A DNA stretch of 64,000 bases from Betaproteobacteria bacterium (GCA_031362885.1 JANLTJ010000025.1:19021-83020), one strand, 5' to 3'. Positions 42,995 through 51,510 are shown, counted from the first letter of the stretch. The notes: generated by a model from the sequence alone, not told the origin. Program-made: numbers and translations.

Positions 42995-43740
42995 TGCAGC
43001 AGCTCCTTGGCCACATCCGCCACGCGATCAAGTTCCGGAAAGAGGGTAAGCGCCGTGAAACCTAGCAACGCCAACTCTTTTCGCAAGTTCTTCTTCGCGG
43101 TCGCCGGGACGACCCACCGCCAAGCATGCTTGGCCGCGCCAATGGATTCGATGGGCGCGTGTTCACGATGATTGATCGTGAACACGCCGAGCTGGGCGGC
43201 CATGCGCGCGGTATTGCGCGGCCCCATGATCGCCACGGGGCTCATCACGGTAGGCGAACCGTCCACGCGGCTTGGCAGATAGTTATCCAGCACATCATCC
43301 ACACCGAAGGCCGGAATTTCATTGGCGAAGCGGAATTTTGTGACCCGCGCCTCGGCGTTGAGCGCGAGCGGATCAAGACACCATACCGCAGCGTCCTTGC
43401 GCAAATGTTTGTCCTCGCTCACCGCGAAGTAAAGCGCCGCGAGCGGGCTTTCGCTCCAATCCAGGAGCCGAGTCGGCGCGCGGTGATGCTGCATCATGAA
43501 CATCCATTCCCACTCCGTCGTTGGCGCGCGATCCAGATGCGGGACAGCGTTCTGCATGAAGCGCTTGCGCAACGCCGATTCCGCCGCTAGGTGTTTATTC
43601 TGCCGAGCCAATGATGGAACCAGCGTCCAGCCGCTCGCGGATTGGCCGCGGAACCAGACACCCGGACCGTCGCGTGCCTGTTTCATGAGTGTGTCCAGCA
43701 ACGCGCCGACCGACCTGACTTTGGTGTCCCTATGTCTCAT
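42991..43740 (-). CDS. FRG-domain protein
   Basis: 249 aa. VWFRGQSASGW.LVPSL.R, MMQHHRAPTRLLDWSESPLAALYFA, ARMAAQLGVFT. ATGA overlap with the DUF262 gene. Confidence 0.8.
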   Translation of the reverse strand: MRHRDTKVRSVGALLDTLMKQARDGPGVWFRGQSASGWTLVPSLARQNKHLAAESALRKRFMQNAVPHLDRAPTTEWEWMFMMQHHRAPTRLLDWSESPLAALYFAVSEDKHLRKDAAVWCLDPLALNAEARVTKFRFANEIPAFGVDDVLDNYLPSRVDGSPTVMSPVAIMGPRNTARMAAQLGVFTINHREHAPIESIGAAKHAWRWVVPATAKKNLRKELALLGFTALTLFPELDRVADVAKELLQ

Positions 43741-44470
43741 CGCCGCCGTCTTCCGCGCCCGGAGTCAACTTCTCGGTCTCCGGCAATTTCCCAGTGAAGA
43801 ACGCCTCGATCTTGGCGGCGATCTGTTCGGGTGTCAGCGGATTCAAGCCCAAGCCGAGCCTATCCACATACTTGCGGCCTGGATGCAATGTGTCCCACGA
43901 TGACCGCACTTGGCCGGAGCGCCCTGCGCCCGGCGTCTTGCTGCCGAAACCGTCGATCACGCGGTTCCAGAGAGGCTGGAATTTTTCAATTAGGACGTTT
44001 TCTCCCAGAGGAATCCAGATGTCGTCGACCGTTAGCGCCCGATAGTAGAAGTCGCCAATCGCGAGGGTCGAGGTCTCCTTGATGGTTGTTGCGTGTTGGC
44101 GCAGCCGGTCGCGTAGCGCAGTGCCCTTCTCCGCATCGAAACTCAAGCCGCCCTTTCGCGCACCCTTCGGCACCGCCTTCCCAACATAGATAGGCTGCTC
44201 GAAACGATCACCTTCGTTCAATTCCTTGATGCGCTTGTAGGCAAAGAACGCGCCGATGTAGTAAATCGCATATACCCCCGCCCCAACAAGGTGTGCAGTT
44301 TCGTTCAGCGGACGCACGGGTGAGCGCAACAAAGCGTCGGCGACGCTTTCCCCCAAGTTCATTTTGGCCAGCGGGTTATATGGTTCCTTCGCGCTATGCT
44401 TTCCAGCGTGCTCTGATCGGTGGGCTTTGCCCCTACCATTATTCCGCGTCTTCAGATCGCACTTTCTCAT
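43730..44470 (-). CDS. Eco29kI-family GIY-YIG restriction endonuclease
   Basis: Start set to ATG 44470, forming an ATGA overlap with the dcm stop. GVYAIYYIG...PIYVGKAVPKGARKGG...LRDRLRQH...IWIPLGENVLIEKFQPLWN..IDGFGSK.PGAGR......SSWDTLHPGR. Confidence 0.8.
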   Translation of the reverse strand: MRKCDLKTRNNGRGKAHRSEHAGKHSAKEPYNPLAKMNLGESVADALLRSPVRPLNETAHLVGAGVYAIYYIGAFFAYKRIKELNEGDRFEQPIYVGKAVPKGARKGGLSFDAEKGTALRDRLRQHATTIKETSTLAIGDFYYRALTVDDIWIPLGENVLIEKFQPLWNRVIDGFGSKTPGAGRSGQVRSSWDTLHPGRKYVDRLGLGLNPLTPEQIAAKIEAFFTGKLPETEKLTPGAEDGGDET

Positions 44471-45660
44471 GCCGCCCTGCTTGCACACGCAGTCGGACAA
44501 TCTATGGCGCCCAAGGTCGCTGCCACTGACGCCGCAATGATTTCGCCTAGGCGCACGGGCACTGCATTGCCCAGCTGGCGCATGGTTTCCGTCCAAGAGC
44601 CGCAGAAAGTGTAGTCATCCGGAAAGGTCTGCAATCTGGCCGCTTCGCGCACAGTAAAGTAGCGCACCGAGCCATCTGGCCTCAGCAACATGTTTTCGCC
44701 GCCTGGTACCCCATGGTCACCCGCTTTCAAAGTCTTGGCCGGTTCATCCAGCGGACTACCGGTGTGGCCAGGGTAGCTGCGCGCCCCAGGATTGAAGACG
44801 TGATTGGCGATGCCGTTCCGTAGATTGTTTTCCGGATCGGGTAAGCCCACTAACGCGTCGCGTACCGTACCCCATGGTTGTTCATGGAATAAATTTTCAT
44901 TGCGCAAACGGACGAGTCGAGACGTCAGTTTCGGATGTGGAGCCGGACGACCGCGCTTGACCACGCGATGCCGTTCCCAATAGTTGCCGGTTACCCACTG
45001 ATCGCGTAGCAAAGCATCCTCGGAATGCGTCACTTCCGGAAATGACCACTTGACACCCAAATCCGAGCGGAAGCCCACGAGGAACACGCGCTCTCGTCGT
45101 TGCGGGACACCGTAGTCTGCGGCGTTCAACAGCCGAAACACAACGTTGTAATTGGCGGCGCTGCGGTTGCTGGTATGTTGGCGCTCCAATCGCACGCAGT
45201 GCATCTGCCAGGATTCGCCGTGCTTTCGCGTCAGGTAGGGATGTGAAAGCTGCAGATGAACATATTCAAAGTAGGACGCGAAAGTTTGCCGAAGTAGTCC
45301 CTTCACGTTTTCGAAGACGAAGGCCTTGGGCTGCAGCTCGCGCACGGCGCGCACGGCTTGCGGGAACATATCCCGGTCATCCATGTGGCCACGGTGTTTG
45401 CCGCCGAGGGAAAACGGTTGGCACGGTGGTCCACCGGATACCACCATCACGTCGCCGCTTACGGTGCCGTAATCGAATTCGCGGGCATCGCATTCAAACA
45501 GCGGCCATTGCTCCACGTCACGGGCGTGATTGCGTTGATTGAAGCGGAAAGTCTCGCAGGAATCATGATCCCACTCGATCACCGCAGCATGGTTGAAGCC
45601 TGCGCGTCCCATGCCCATGGCCAAGCCGCCCGCTCCAGCAAACAGTTCAACGCTTCGCAC
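44467..45660 (-). CDS. dcm: DNA (cytosine-5)-methyltransferase
   Basis: 397 aa. Motif I: ELFAGAGGLAMG. Motif IV: GGPPCQPFS. Motif VI: ENVKGLL. Also QRRERVFLVG and a C-terminal GNAVPV. Confidence 0.93.
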   Translation of the reverse strand: MRSVELFAGAGGLAMGMGRAGFNHAAVIEWDHDSCETFRFNQRNHARDVEQWPLFECDAREFDYGTVSGDVMVVSGGPPCQPFSLGGKHRGHMDDRDMFPQAVRAVRELQPKAFVFENVKGLLRQTFASYFEYVHLQLSHPYLTRKHGESWQMHCVRLERQHTSNRSAANYNVVFRLLNAADYGVPQRRERVFLVGFRSDLGVKWSFPEVTHSEDALLRDQWVTGNYWERHRVVKRGRPAPHPKLTSRLVRLRNENLFHEQPWGTVRDALVGLPDPENNLRNGIANHVFNPGARSYPGHTGSPLDEPAKTLKAGDHGVPGGENMLLRPDGSVRYFTVREAARLQTFPDDYTFCGSWTETMRQLGNAVPVRLGEIIAASVAATLGAIDCPTACASRAA

Positions 45661-46060
45661 CTAGATATCTCCCAATCCTGCTTGCCAGTCGCGCTGTGTC
45701 GCGCAACTGGCATTCCCATATCGTCAATACCCCCCAACCCAACCCACGCAGCGCTCGCATATTACGCGAGTCGCGCTGGACATTGCTTTCAAGCTTAGAT
45801 AGCCAAAATTCGCCCCGCGACTTTGGCAGTCTGGCTAGCGCGCAGGCCTTATGCCGGTGCCAGAAGCAGCCGTGAACCAGAATTACCTTGCTGCGGGCTG
45901 GAAAAACCAAGTCTGGCGTGCCTGGCAAATCGCGCGAATGCAGCCGGTAGCGGTAGCCAAGGCTATGCACCAGACGCCGTACCAGAAGTTCGGGTTTGGT
46001 GTCCTTACCACGCACGAGGGCCATCCGAATTGAGCGTTGTCGCGGGTTGAGCGTGTCCAT
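45647..46060 (-). CDS. vsr: very-short-patch repair endonuclease
   Basis: Trimmed to ATG 46060, preceded by AGGGGGA. RGKDTKPEL..R..L...G.RYRLH...LPG.PD.VF...K..I.VHGCFWH.H. Its 3' end overlaps the dcm start by 14 nt. Confidence 0.9.
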   Translation of the reverse strand: MDTLNPRQRSIRMALVRGKDTKPELLVRRLVHSLGYRYRLHSRDLPGTPDLVFPARSKVILVHGCFWHRHKACALARLPKSRGEFWLSKLESNVQRDSRNMRALRGLGWGVLTIWECQLRDTARLASRIGRYLGAKR

Positions 46061-46587
46061 TCGTTTCCCCCTTTCAATGCTCGGCAAACAACGGGACTCT
46101 ATCGCCAATACTGTTTCATTATTACGAAGTATCTACGTGACTGAAATGCTCTTTTCCTAGGCGATTCGTATGAGCGTTGCATACGGCTCGGCAGGAAAGC
46201 TCGTCGAAGCGTGCGGCACTTTGGGTTGAGTCGTCACTCTATACCGCTAAACTTGTTGCGCCACATTACACCATGTCGATTTACACGAGAATCTCGAAAA
46301 GTGCCTTGCCCGTCTCCACTCACGGCTTCAGCGGCCGCCACCTTAGCTGGGTCGGACCACCGCAAGTTTCTGATTCCCAGATTCAAGAGCAAGAAAAAGA
46401 GCCCGCATGGCCTCTTAAAGATATGTTTTCAGGCCAGAAAATCGCCCTGCAATCAGTAGAGGTTCTCCGCTTTGAACTACTTCTTCCGACCGATCTCCTT
46501 CCCCGAGATCACGAATGTTCCCTCGCCCGAATCGTGAACCGTCTCCGGAAACTTCGGTTATGTCGCAATCTGCGGCTTTGCCAGGAT

Positions 46588-46672
46588 CGGAGTCTTGCTT
46601 TTTGCCCTCTCTGCGCAGCCGGTCGCCGAGACCTCAAGCATGGGCAAGAGGCCGTACCCCACGCAACCGACC
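46588..46672. repeat. ~85-bp dispersed repeat, copy 1
   Basis: cttgctttttgccctctctgcgcagccggtcgccgagacctcaagcatgggcaagaggccgtaccccacgcaaccgac. Aligns with 49866-49955 at about 80% identity by eye. Overlaps the 3' end of higA. Confidence 0.7.
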
Positions 46673-46933
46673 TTTCATGCCGGGCTCGGCGGTCTTGATA
46701 TCGTAGGCCGACTGGAGATTCAACCAATACTGCGGCGACTCCCCGAATGCCTTGCCAAACAGCAGGGCGAGCTCCGCGGTTACCGGTCGCGTGCCCTTGA
46801 TGATGTGAGAGATCCGCATTGACGACACACCAATGGTGCGTGCGAACTCCGCCTGCGAATTACCGAGGTCTTCCAGAATTTCCTTGAGAAATTCCCCCGG
46901 ATGTACCGCAGGCAAGCCGTTCTTGATAGCCAT
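46634..46933 (-). CDS. higA: HigA-family antidote HTH protein
   Basis: 99 aa. VHPGEFLKEILEDLG.SQAEFARTIGVSSMRISHIIKGTRPVTAELALLFGKAFG.SPQYWLNLQ..YD. Confidence 0.9.
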   Translation of the reverse strand: MAIKNGLPAVHPGEFLKEILEDLGNSQAEFARTIGVSSMRISHIIKGTRPVTAELALLFGKAFGESPQYWLNLQSAYDIKTAEPGMKGRLRGVRPLAHA

Positions 46934-46945
46934 AATTCTTCTACC

Positions 46946-47227
46946 TCAGTGGTAATCGACGATTTCGACATCGAAGGCCTCGCCGCTTTCGAATCGAAAA
47001 CAGACTCGCCATTGTTCGTTGATGCGGATGCTCCACTGTCCCTTCCTGTCGCCTTTCAACGGCTCCAGGCGGTTGGACGGGGGAAAACGAAGATCGTCAA
47101 TTGCCGTGGCCGCGTTGAGCTGGGTAAGTCGCATCACCGCACGGGTGCGTATCTCCAATGGAATCCGTCGCGACTTTCCGGTTGCGAAGAAGCGTACAGT
47201 TTCCGAAGACGCGAACGAACGAATCAC
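46946..47227 (-). CDS. higB: HigB (plasmid-maintenance killer, RelE superfamily) toxin
   Basis: 93 aa. MIRSF....T..FF.TGKSRRIP.EI......RLTQLNAA....DLR.PPSNRLE.LKGDRKGQWSIRINEQWRVCFRF..G.A.DVEIVDYH. Confidence 0.9.
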   Translation of the reverse strand: MIRSFASSETVRFFATGKSRRIPLEIRTRAVMRLTQLNAATAIDDLRFPPSNRLEPLKGDRKGQWSIRINEQWRVCFRFESGEAFDVEIVDYH

Positions 47228-47417
47228 GAATTCGATCGTAAACGTCTAGTTTATAATCGTCAAGAGCAGATGTGCTACCGATAACAAGTTGCCAGCGATA
47301 TGCAAACGCTCTCGTCTAATGGCGAGCTTCAGAATACGGCTTAGGCCGGTGAGGATCGGACTCACGGCCGACTTGCGAAATTTCCCTTTTCCCCCTAGAC
47401 AAGGGCACAGTTCAGCG

Positions 47418-47897
47418 TCAATCCGCTTTGCACGTAGGGAAGTACGGCGCCAGATTCGGCCCGTATCTATGGTCAGTGAATTCGCACGGGTCCGGGAACG
47501 AACCGTAACATTGCGTTTCCGACTCCAGTTCGCAGTATTGAATTCCGCGCCTGACCGCCAGCGGCATGTAGGTCACCGACCCGTCCAGACGCTCTGGTCT
47601 TGCAACCAGGTCGCCCTTCGACGTTTTCATCAAGACGAGGGAATACGGGTAGTGTTTGACGGGCTGGTCGCTGCAACCGCAGAAATGGGCTTCCACCTGC
47701 AAATCTCCCAGTTGCAATTCCTGGAGCTCGCTCGCAGAAAATCGGGTACGCGGCCAAACCGTTGGGCCGTCCGGCTTCGTCGCGCCGTTCTGCGTGGCCT
47801 CGTCCTTCCGAGTCGTCGAGTCATTCGCCAGGCAACCGCCTGACGCGGCTGCTAACGCCGCCGCTGCAACAATGGAAACCAGCGTGATCTCTCGCAT
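47418..47897 (-). CDS. hypothetical Cys-rich secreted/lipoprotein
   Basis: Trimmed to ATG 47897. MREITLVSIVAAAALAAASGGC is signal or lipobox-like. No family recognised. Confidence 0.5.
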   Translation of the reverse strand: MREITLVSIVAAAALAAASGGCLANDSTTRKDEATQNGATKPDGPTVWPRTRFSASELQELQLGDLQVEAHFCGCSDQPVKHYPYSLVLMKTSKGDLVARPERLDGSVTYMPLAVRRGIQYCELESETQCYGSFPDPCEFTDHRYGPNLAPYFPTCKAD

Positions 47898-48031
47898 TCG
47901 CGTCCCCCCTGGGCGTTGACTTGGGTGATGTTCGGGAAGTGTCGCGATGCCGGGTCGATCCGTCAAGGCAGGAGCCAACGATCCCGCGCAACAACCATAG
48001 TGCAAGCAGGAAGCAAAAAGTCAGGCGTTGC

Positions 48032-48083
48032 CTCTTGCCTCCCCGTTCTTGCCTCCCTTCTTGCAAGGGTGGGGAGGCAAGAG
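48032..48083. terminator. 13-bp perfect inverted repeat downstream of the 48175 gene
   Basis: ctcttgcctcccc (48032-48044) pairs with ggggaggcaagag (48071-48083). No T-tract. The left flank resembles the 5' part of the 85-bp dispersed repeat. Confidence 0.4.
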
Positions 48084-48174
48084 CGGGGAAGTGGGTCAGG
48101 GTCGGCATGTTGCATGAACAATGCAAGGATGCCGGGCCGGACCCTTCACGCTGCCTCCTGGTAAGCCCTGCTTC

Positions 48175-48600
48175 TTAGTTGGCCGTCGCGACCGGGGTGT
48201 TGCAGACGGTTGCCACGACCCGGCCGTAGCCTGATGTGCTTTCGGGACGGAAGAAGGCGGGACCGTTCTGCATGCTGTCGGCCCAAACCGTGGCGCCGCT
48301 GCCGAGTGCGTCGGCATGCATGCTCCACTGCTGATAGCTGACGGCGCCGGCCTCGCAGTCAACGGCCAGCAATACAACCCGCGACTTGTGATCATAGAAC
48401 CCATGACCCATCTCCATCGCTTTAGAAAAGTTCTCGAGGATGCGAACCTGGATGCTGTTATCCGCCTTCTTGATGAGGCTTTGCGAATCGACGAACACTT
48501 GCTCCTCGGCAGAGGACGACACCATGCTCCAGTCGGCGGCGAAGGCATTGAGGGAAACGGCGGCGAGAAAGCCGGCAGACAGCCATTTGAACTTGGTCAT
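48175..48600 (-). CDS. small secreted protein, surface-adhesin-E-like fold family
   Basis: Only the last 141 aa of the 310-aa track ORF are used. MTKFKWLSAGFLAAVSLNAFA-ADW signal peptide. W..V.......FVD..SI...., ..AVDC pattern is shared with the 55726 gene. Confidence 0.65.
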   Translation of the reverse strand: MTKFKWLSAGFLAAVSLNAFAADWSMVSSSAEEQVFVDSQSLIKKADNSIQVRILENFSKAMEMGHGFYDHKSRVVLLAVDCEAGAVSYQQWSMHADALGSGATVWADSMQNGPAFFRPESTSGYGRVVATVCNTPVATAN

Positions 48601-49042
48601 TGCAATACTCCTTTTTGAGGTTCGCTGACCGAAAGGGATCGGCCGGCGATCGGCCTGCCAACAGCCGATTGGTGCAGTGCCATATCCTCCTCTGAACAGA
48701 CAGAAAAGATATAGTGCAGATCGCATTGCTGCTATGCAGTAATTGCGCTGAATGCGGTCACAAGACTGGAATGAAGCATCGCGCCATCCTGGTCTGGGTT
48801 GGAAGCGGAGTGCGGAGCAGCGCGTCAGGAGTTCGTGCATAAGCGTCCTTCCGTGAAGGCAGCGGGTGACGCCTTGCCTCTTCGCCTGCCGGAAAGACGG
48901 TGATGGAGGATGCGCGATTGCGTTGGCGTTTTCCGCAGTGACGCGCGCGAACGCGAAGGGGCCCAGGTACGCAGGCAGGCGTCCGGCCGCACGACGATTT
49001 ACACTTACGTGCCCATGAACCCGCGCTGCGCATCCCCGAGGA

Positions 49043-49834
49043 ATGATGAAGACACTCTTTTCGCTTGAAGGCCGCATCGCGCTCGTCACCGGAGGCTCGC
49101 GCGGCATTGGCAGGATGATCGCCGAGGGTTTCCTCGAGTACGGCGCGAAGGTTTACATTTCGGCGCGCAAAGCCGAGGCGTGCGATGCCGCCGCCGAGGC
49201 GCTCTCCGCCAAGGGCGGCATGTGCATCTCGCTGCCGCACGATATCTCGAGCGTCGAAGGATGCCGTGCGCTCGCGGAGGACATCCGCCGGCGTGAGCCG
49301 CAATTGAATATCCTGGTGAACAACGCGGGCGCGGCGTGGGCCGCGGACTTCGACGAATTTCCCGAGCACGGCTGGGACAAGGTGATGAACCTCAACGTCA
49401 AGTCGCCGTTCTTCCTCACGCAGGCGCTGCACGGCGCGCTCAAGGCCGGGGCGAGCGACGAGCGCCCGGCCAAGGTGATCAACATCGCGTCCATCGATGG
49501 GATCCGGCTCAATCCCCTCGAGACGTACTCGTACCATGCGTCCAAGGCGGCGTTGATCTACCTCACGCGGCGCATGGCCGCGAAGCTGGTCGCCGAGCGC
49601 ATCGTGGTTTCGGCGATTGCGCCGGGTCCGTTCGCGTCGGAGATGAACCGCGCGGCTCGCGATCATGCAGACACGGTCGCCGCGCGCACGCCGTTGGGCC
49701 GCATCGGCCGCGACGAAGACATGGCCGGCGCGGCGATCTACCTGGCGTCACGCGCGGGCGATTACGTGGTGGGCGACACGATCGCGGTGGATGGTGGAAT
49801 CGCCTATGCCAATCTAAGCCCGGGGCCGAGCTGA
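49043..49834 (+). CDS. SDR-family oxidoreductase (FabG/RhlG-like)
   Basis: 263 aa. VTGGSRGIG, NNAG, YHASKAAL. Confidence 0.88.
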   Translation: MMKTLFSLEGRIALVTGGSRGIGRMIAEGFLEYGAKVYISARKAEACDAAAEALSAKGGMCISLPHDISSVEGCRALAEDIRRREPQLNILVNNAGAAWAADFDEFPEHGWDKVMNLNVKSPFFLTQALHGALKAGASDERPAKVINIASIDGIRLNPLETYSYHASKAALIYLTRRMAAKLVAERIVVSAIAPGPFASEMNRAARDHADTVAARTPLGRIGRDEDMAGAAIYLASRAGDYVVGDTIAVDGGIAYANLSPGPS

Positions 49835-49865
49835 CGTTTGATGCAGCGCGCAGCGCGCGTGGAAT

Positions 49866-49955
49866 CGAGGCAAGCGTTGCTTCTTGCCTTCGTTGCGCAC
49901 AGCCGGCCGCCGGGACTTTCAAGCATGGGCAGGAGGCGGCGCCCCGCGCAACCGA
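49866..49955. repeat. ~85-bp dispersed repeat, copy 2
   Basis: gcaagcgttgcttcttgccttcgttgcgcacagccggccgccgggactttcaagcatgggcaggaggcggcgccccgcgcaaccgacgg. Confidence 0.7.
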
Positions 49956-50111
49956 CGGATGACCGAAGGTGTGGCGGCAGGACTTGATTTCAGTGCAGAA
50001 AACCACTGTCGTTGCGCCAAAAATTGCCTTCCCCGCAACGTGTCCAACGGCTGATGTTTCGGCACCGTTCGCGCTGGCAGGCACTCTATCTCACCATTGC
50101 GGGGAGTCCGG

Positions 50112-50186
50112 CTGCCACGCCTGTGTCACAAAGTCATAGTTAGAATTCCGCCTGCCACGCCTATTTCACCAAGCCGTTGCTAGAAT
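50112..50186 (+). repeat. two tandem ~35-bp direct repeats, each ending in TAGAAT
   Basis: ctgccacgcctgtgtcacaaagtcatagttagaat (50112-50146) and ctgccacgcctatttcaccaagccgttgctagaat (50152-50186). They sit immediately upstream of the tatT remnant. Confidence 0.7.
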
Positions 50187-50194
50187 GGTGTCCG

Positions 50195-50861
50195 ATGCTT
50201 CTTTCCCGGTCTTTCGATGCGCAGTCACCAGCCCCTGCGGGGTCGACGGCGCTGTGTCGGCGTTGCGCGCTGTGGGTGTTTGTCCTCGCGGTGGCTGCCC
50301 AAGGCTGCAGCGTGAATCAGTTTGTGATCAATCGCGCTGCCGATGCGCTCGAAGATGGCGGCTTGTGCTTCGCTTAGGATGATGATCCGCAACTGGTGCG
50401 GCCCCTTTCAGGCTCAAGAGCATTGAAAGCCTTATCGAGGGGCAGCGCCGAAGAATGAAAAATTTCTGCTGGCCGCCTGCCGTGGCTTTACCCAATATGC
50501 CTATGCCTTTATCCAGCAGGACGCCGACCGGCTGGGGGACAAGGACATCAAGGCGTCATTCGCGCAAGGTCAGCGTGCACGCAAACTCTATCGCCGTGCC
50601 CGCGAGTACGGTGTGCGCGGTCTGGAAGTACGCCACACCGGACTTCATGCCAACACGCCGCAAGCCTTGTCCGCGATGACCAGGCGCGATGTTCCGCTGT
50701 TGTACTGGACGGCCGCAGCCTGGGCCGGCGAGATTGCCTTGTCCAAGGACAGCCCGGATGCGATTGCGGACCTCCCTCAGGTGCAGGCGGATCGCGCGGC
50801 GGCGCACATTTTCCGGTGTCACGGTATTCCAATTCAGTGCCATGGTTCGTTCTCAGATTAG
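50195..50861 (+). pseudogene. TRAP-transporter TatT (TPR) component, degraded
   Basis: Lipoprotein-like start (VLAVAAQGCS). Family-typical blocks are spread over three frames: NRAADALEDGG..FA[TAG 50375-50377]DDDPQLVR, then PFRLKSIESLIEG, then KFLLAACRGFTQYAYAFIQQDAD...VPLLYWTAAAWAGEIALSKDSPDAIADLP. The C-terminus is missing, abutting the queE 3' end. Confidence 0.8.
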
Positions 50862-50867
50862 TCTCAA

Positions 50868-51506
50868 CTACGGAATGCCCAGCATTTTGTGGGTCTGCAA
50901 GCTCAGCCGCCATTTTGGGTGCGCCCTGCAATACTCCACCGCAAGCCGCGTGTTGTGCTCGCGATTCGGCCCGTCCATGGGTTGCAAGAAAAAGTGCCGG
51001 AACCCCAACTTCTCAAATGCCGCGGGAATTGCGTCCACTTGCGGGAAAACAAGTTTGAGTTCGTCGCCCGTCTCAAGGACGACTTGCGCATGCCCCTTCG
51101 GGCTGACGCAAATCCAATCCAGGCCTTTCGGCGCAGATTGCGTCCCATTCGTCTCGACGGCAATCTCGAAATCGTGCCCGTGCAACGCGTCGACAAAAGC
51201 CTCATCGAGTTGCAGCAACGGCTCGCCGCCAGTACAGACGACAAATCGTCGGCCCGATGTTTCACCCTCGGGCCACTTCGCAGCAATCGATTCCGCAAGG
51301 GATTCCGCGCTGAAAAACCTGCCACCACCTTCGCCGTCCATCCCAACAAAGTCCGTATCGCAAAACTTGCAGACTGCAGTCGCGCGATCTTTTTCTAGCC
51401 CAGACCATAAGTTGCAGCCCGCAAAGCGGCAGAAGACGGCCGCACGCCCAGCCTGAGCGCCCTCTCCTTGTAGGGTATAGAAAATTTCTTTAACGCTATA
51501 AGTCAT
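50868..51506 (-). CDS. queE: 7-carboxy-7-deazaguanine synthase
   Basis: Trimmed to ATG 51506. EIFYTLQGEGAQAGRAAVFCRFAGCNLWSG, with a radical-SAM variant cluster motif, and TGGEPLLQ. Confidence 0.92.
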   Translation of the reverse strand: MTYSVKEIFYTLQGEGAQAGRAAVFCRFAGCNLWSGLEKDRATAVCKFCDTDFVGMDGEGGGRFFSAESLAESIAAKWPEGETSGRRFVVCTGGEPLLQLDEAFVDALHGHDFEIAVETNGTQSAPKGLDWICVSPKGHAQVVLETGDELKLVFPQVDAIPAAFEKLGFRHFFLQPMDGPNREHNTRLAVEYCRAHPKWRLSLQTHKMLGIP

Positions 51507-51510
51507 TGGG

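Noticed and set aside
46177-46698. 173-aa (TTG start) and 82-aa ORFs in the vsr upstream spacer, considered as a possible controller protein.
   Set aside because: No HTH motif is present and the composition is odd. The ORFs overlap higA and a dispersed repeat, and I recognise no family.
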